Shown in pieces: positions 61,206 to 64,000 of a DNA stretch of 64,000 bases. The DNA comes from a virus (taxonomy: Duplodnaviria > Caudoviricetes). The stretch is taken from positions 38,030 to 102,029 of the IMG/VR virus record IMGVR_UViG_3300028603_000024; one strand, 5' to 3'. A model generated the notes under the pieces. It did no database searches and was not told where the DNA came from. It worked only from the letters and a program-made list of their open reading frames with translations. Position 1 is the stretch's first letter. Every line of letters starts with the position of its first letter. Made by a program: the position numbers and the translations under genes.

Positions 61206-61876
61206 CGGCCCGCCCCCAGTTGTTTAAGAAATCTTACTCGATTAACGATTTCCCTGTCCTCGGCCTGCTCCGACATCTCGAGAGCGTCGAGAAGCAGATG
61301 TCGCAGGCTTTGCAACTCAGATAACGTCTCCGCGGCCCGCTGCATCGTTTCTCCGGCCCACGTGCTCCGCAGGTAGCCGTAGCGCCGAAACGTTTCGCGA
61401 CTCTTCAGCAGAACCTCAATGTCCCGCAGCTCCCGAAGCCGTCGATGCTCCACACCTTGTTGCTGCGACGCGAAGGCAACGGCCTGCAGAAACTCTTGGG
61501 GAATATCCTTTAGCCCTGTGGGAGCCGCGCCTCGGGTTACCTGCCAGCCGTCTTCAAACTCAATCAAACCTGCCGGCCTTGGAACCTCCTGACGTAAGAT
61601 AAGCCCACGAGGGGCGGCAAAAAGAAGGCGGTGACAGAAGTCCAGATACTTACGCCACTTCTCGGATTCAACGTCCCGTAAGAAGTCCGCCCTGGAGGTC
61701 TTAATTTCATAAATGGTCAGATCCATCCGTCGATAACTTCGAGCCAGCGTGAGTACGTCGACCCGCCCGGGGTGATTCTCCACCCCCACCGAGGGACCTA
61801 AGGTAAACTCCGTCAACACCACCCGAGTCGACCACTGGCTCTGCGCGAGAGATTGCGCCAAGGCGTCATGCCTCAT
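61202..61876 (-). CDS. MmcB-like PD-(D/E)xK nuclease
   Basis: RVDVL...IYEIKTSRADFLRD...KWRKYLDFCHRLLFAAP...EVP..AGLI. Confidence 0.8.
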   Translation of the reverse strand: MRHDALAQSLAQSQWSTRVVLTEFTLGPSVGVENHPGRVDVLTLARSYRRMDLTIYEIKTSRADFLRDVESEKWRKYLDFCHRLLFAAPRGLILRQEVPRPAGLIEFEDGWQVTRGAAPTGLKDIPQEFLQAVAFASQQQGVEHRRLRELRDIEVLLKSRETFRRYGYLRSTWAGETMQRAAETLSELQSLRHLLLDALEMSEQAEDREIVNRVRFLKQLGAGR

Positions 61877-62276
61877 CCTGCAACTCCCGCAGTTGGCGAT
61901 GCACCCACGGGCGACTCAGGCGTGTAAGCCTCGCCAGGTCACCCTGCGTCGCCTGGTAGCCCCAGGTCATCAGACACAGTTGAACGCGAAGAACCCGCTC
62001 CTTTGCTGCCGCGGCCTGTATAGCTGCCCAAGTATAAATTGCTTCAATTGTGCAACAAGTTCGTCGCCGAACATCCTCGGGCGAGACGGGGCCGGAAAAA
62101 ATAACGGGACCGGCGGAAAAATATTCCACGCCGGTCCCGTCGACTAACAGGCAACCCGGAGAGAGAATGGCGACAACAGCCGTCGCGACCCTCGCCTCCA
62201 CGAGTCCTTGCTTAATTAACAAGGGTTGCTCCACCCGGAGCCGTAGAAATGATCCGCCGTACCTTATCACCGCCAT
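61866..62276 (-). CDS. miniature Crp/Fnr-like transcription regulator
   Basis: LIKQGLVE...VAILSPG (cNMP-barrel-like); AKERVL...TQGDLARLTRLSRPWVHRQLREL (Crp-type HTH). Track start is 62342. Confidence 0.6.
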   Translation of the reverse strand: MAVIRYGGSFLRLRVEQPLLIKQGLVEARVATAVVAILSPGCLLVDGTGVEYFSAGPVIFSGPVSPEDVRRRTCCTIEAIYTWAAIQAAAAKERVLRVQLCLMTWGYQATQGDLARLTRLSRPWVHRQLRELQDEA

Positions 62277-62354
62277 CGCCGTCTTCCTGTTGTAGGCCTC
62301 GATGCGCTGCAGTGTAAAGTAGTTGCATCGGACTGTCAACAAGGCAACAGGGTA

Positions 62355-63041
62355 TTAAGAATTTACGGCGATCCGAGCCTGCGCCGCGGCGGAACGAAAA
62401 CAGATGCCGCAGGTGGTACAAGTGAGGCCTCGCGGGTACGCGGGGTGATTCGCCTGACAGGCTTCCTTGGGACAGACACGACGTCCCCCGATAGAACGCC
62501 GATGAACGCGGCGATTGACACGAAAAACGAGATTTACATCAAACTCGGGGCGATCCTCGTCATTCACGGACATATAAGCCACATGGCCCTCAGGGGGCCG
62601 CCCGGCTTCGTGGTCCGTTGACCACCACAATTGCATGTTTGGCAACCGACGAAGTCTTTCGAGGCCAGCGAGAAGGGAAGGCTCCCGCCACGACCGCGTG
62701 TAAGCGAAGAACGCCGTACCCGGCGTGGCCCGAATAATTTTCTCCCACTTCCGGATATAGGAACGGTTGTAAAAATCACCGCTGACGTGAATCCGAACTA
62801 TAACGGGCCGTCGCTCCCTCAGCTCCCGAAACATGTCGGGGACAAAAGTCGTTGACTTACTGGCCTCCAGGGCCTGCGCATACAACTTGTCCAGCTGTGG
62901 GAATCGTTTGAACCGACGAGCGAGGCAGGCTTGCCGGCATAGCGCCGTCGACCCCGGGCAAGTAGACTCCCGGGGCAGGTTGAACAACAGAATATCCTTA
63001 CCCGTTTTAGTGTTACCAGTCTTCAACAGCTTGTCTCTCAC
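62355..63041 (-). CDS. Gp88-family (radical-SAM-like fold) protein
   Basis: GNTKTG..I..FNLP...CPG.T..C...C, RIHVSGDFY, AYTRSW and C-terminal CPK/CxxCxxC. Confidence 0.75.
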   Translation of the reverse strand: MRDKLLKTGNTKTGKDILLFNLPRESTCPGSTALCRQACLARRFKRFPQLDKLYAQALEASKSTTFVPDMFRELRERRPVIVRIHVSGDFYNRSYIRKWEKIIRATPGTAFFAYTRSWREPSLLAGLERLRRLPNMQLWWSTDHEAGRPPEGHVAYMSVNDEDRPEFDVNLVFRVNRRVHRRSIGGRRVCPKEACQANHPAYPRGLTCTTCGICFRSAAAQARIAVNS

Positions 63042-63083
63042 GATAAGTCCTCAAAGCCGCAGCAAAGAATAAGAGCGCTTGGA

Positions 63084-63416
63084 CTATCCGACAGGTTGCG
63101 GTATCTCGATTTCCCAAGCGAGAATTCGAGATCCCTTATATGACAACTCTGTAGTTTCCCCAATCTCCAGCACATTAAGGTACTCGTCATCGACGACGAC
63201 GTCACCAACGGCGCGAGAGACCCGAAATCTATCGCCCTCGCCGGAGAATATTTCATCCCCCGCAAGAGCTTCGCGTAGGCAGCTGAAAACAGCTTCCTCG
63301 CCAACTGTTGCCACTATCGCTCGACGAAATACAGACCGAGACCTCAGCTCCGGCCGCGATAAAAACGCGGCGTCATGCTCCACGAGATAAATTTTCATAA
63401 ACGATTTCCGAAACAT
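63084..63416 (-). CDS. hypothetical protein
   Basis: 110 aa, acidic and beta-rich; start uncertain. Confidence 0.5.
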   Translation of the reverse strand: MFRKSFMKIYLVEHDAAFLSRPELRSRSVFRRAIVATVGEEAVFSCLREALAGDEIFSGEGDRFRVSRAVGDVVVDDEYLNVLEIGETTELSYKGSRILAWEIEIPQPVG

Positions 63417-63477
63417 CGAAGAGAGCGGCGCAAGCCGATGCCTGCGACAACCACGAGCTGGTCCGTCAACTCTGCCA

Positions 63478-63879
63478 CTAACGGGTGAAATCCCGCAGAA
63501 GCCACCTCGGCCCCACCTTAGCCGGCACGATACGAGTCTCGATAATAGCCTCCTCCGGAGGACAGCCGAGGTAGTGTATCAAAGCCAGGCACTGAGCGGC
63601 CTCGATGAATCTGTAAGGATCCGTATCCATTAATCGTAACTCCGCGTAGCGCCGCACATGACCGATACGAATGTGTGGAGAGGCCTCCGGAACCTTGAGC
63701 GGGATAGCCGCTGGGAACCAGTCGGCCCAATCATCGGGTAACGACTTCGGGGCCTGACACTGAATCTTGGCTCTGTACATTGCTTGTGGGGATACCCTGA
63801 TGCCCGGCATTTCATTCTCCTGGAGAAGAACACACTTGTCTTTTCCGGGTATAGCCCAGCTCCTTCGGGTTGTCAACAA
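63478..63879 (-). CDS. hypothetical protein
   Basis: Start may be MPGIR at 63810 after AGGAG. Confidence 0.45.
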   Translation of the reverse strand: MLTTRRSWAIPGKDKCVLLQENEMPGIRVSPQAMYRAKIQCQAPKSLPDDWADWFPAAIPLKVPEASPHIRIGHVRRYAELRLMDTDPYRFIEAAQCLALIHYLGCPPEEAIIETRIVPAKVGPRWLLRDFTR

Positions 63880-64000
63880 GCGGCCTACCGCAAACCACGA
63901 TCCTGCCGATACCCCTCGCCCCGCAGCAGGCGAGCCTCGGCGTATCCCAACTCCCTGCCCAAGTACAGGGCGTGATCCACGCTTTGCACCAAGGGCAGCA

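Overview
The window is part of a large, GC-rich tailed phage genome (contractile-tail type). Essentially all credible genes are on the minus strand, so transcription runs right to left. (1) ~64000-51000: accessory/early genes, including a Gp88-like protein, a miniature Crp/Fnr-like regulator, an MmcB-like nuclease, lipoproteins, a DEDDh exonuclease, a Holliday-junction resolvase and a structured ~200-nt non-coding unit. (2) ~50900-18650: a very large head module with portal, holin/spanin-like pair, many Ala/Gly-rich proteins sharing a K-x-A motif, prohead protease, scaffold-like proteins, decoration protein and major capsid. Embedded in it is a multisubunit RNA polymerase built as a beta/beta'-N fusion plus a separate beta'-C chain. 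Each chain carries an intein in a catalytic element. (3) An IS607-derived TnpB with a TnpA stub. (4) ~17400-1: neck, sheath, tube, spike, frameshifted tail chaperones, tape measure, hub, a sigma-70-family factor and a gp25-like gene. The most unusual signal is the active-site intein: the universal NADFDGD motif reads NADFDG-N|C...Y-D|TM, so Asn and Asp appear swapped across the intein, and the intein lacks both conserved His residues. No terminase, DNA polymerase, tRNA, rRNA or CRISPR array was recognised. All calls come from motif recognition by eye, without database searches.
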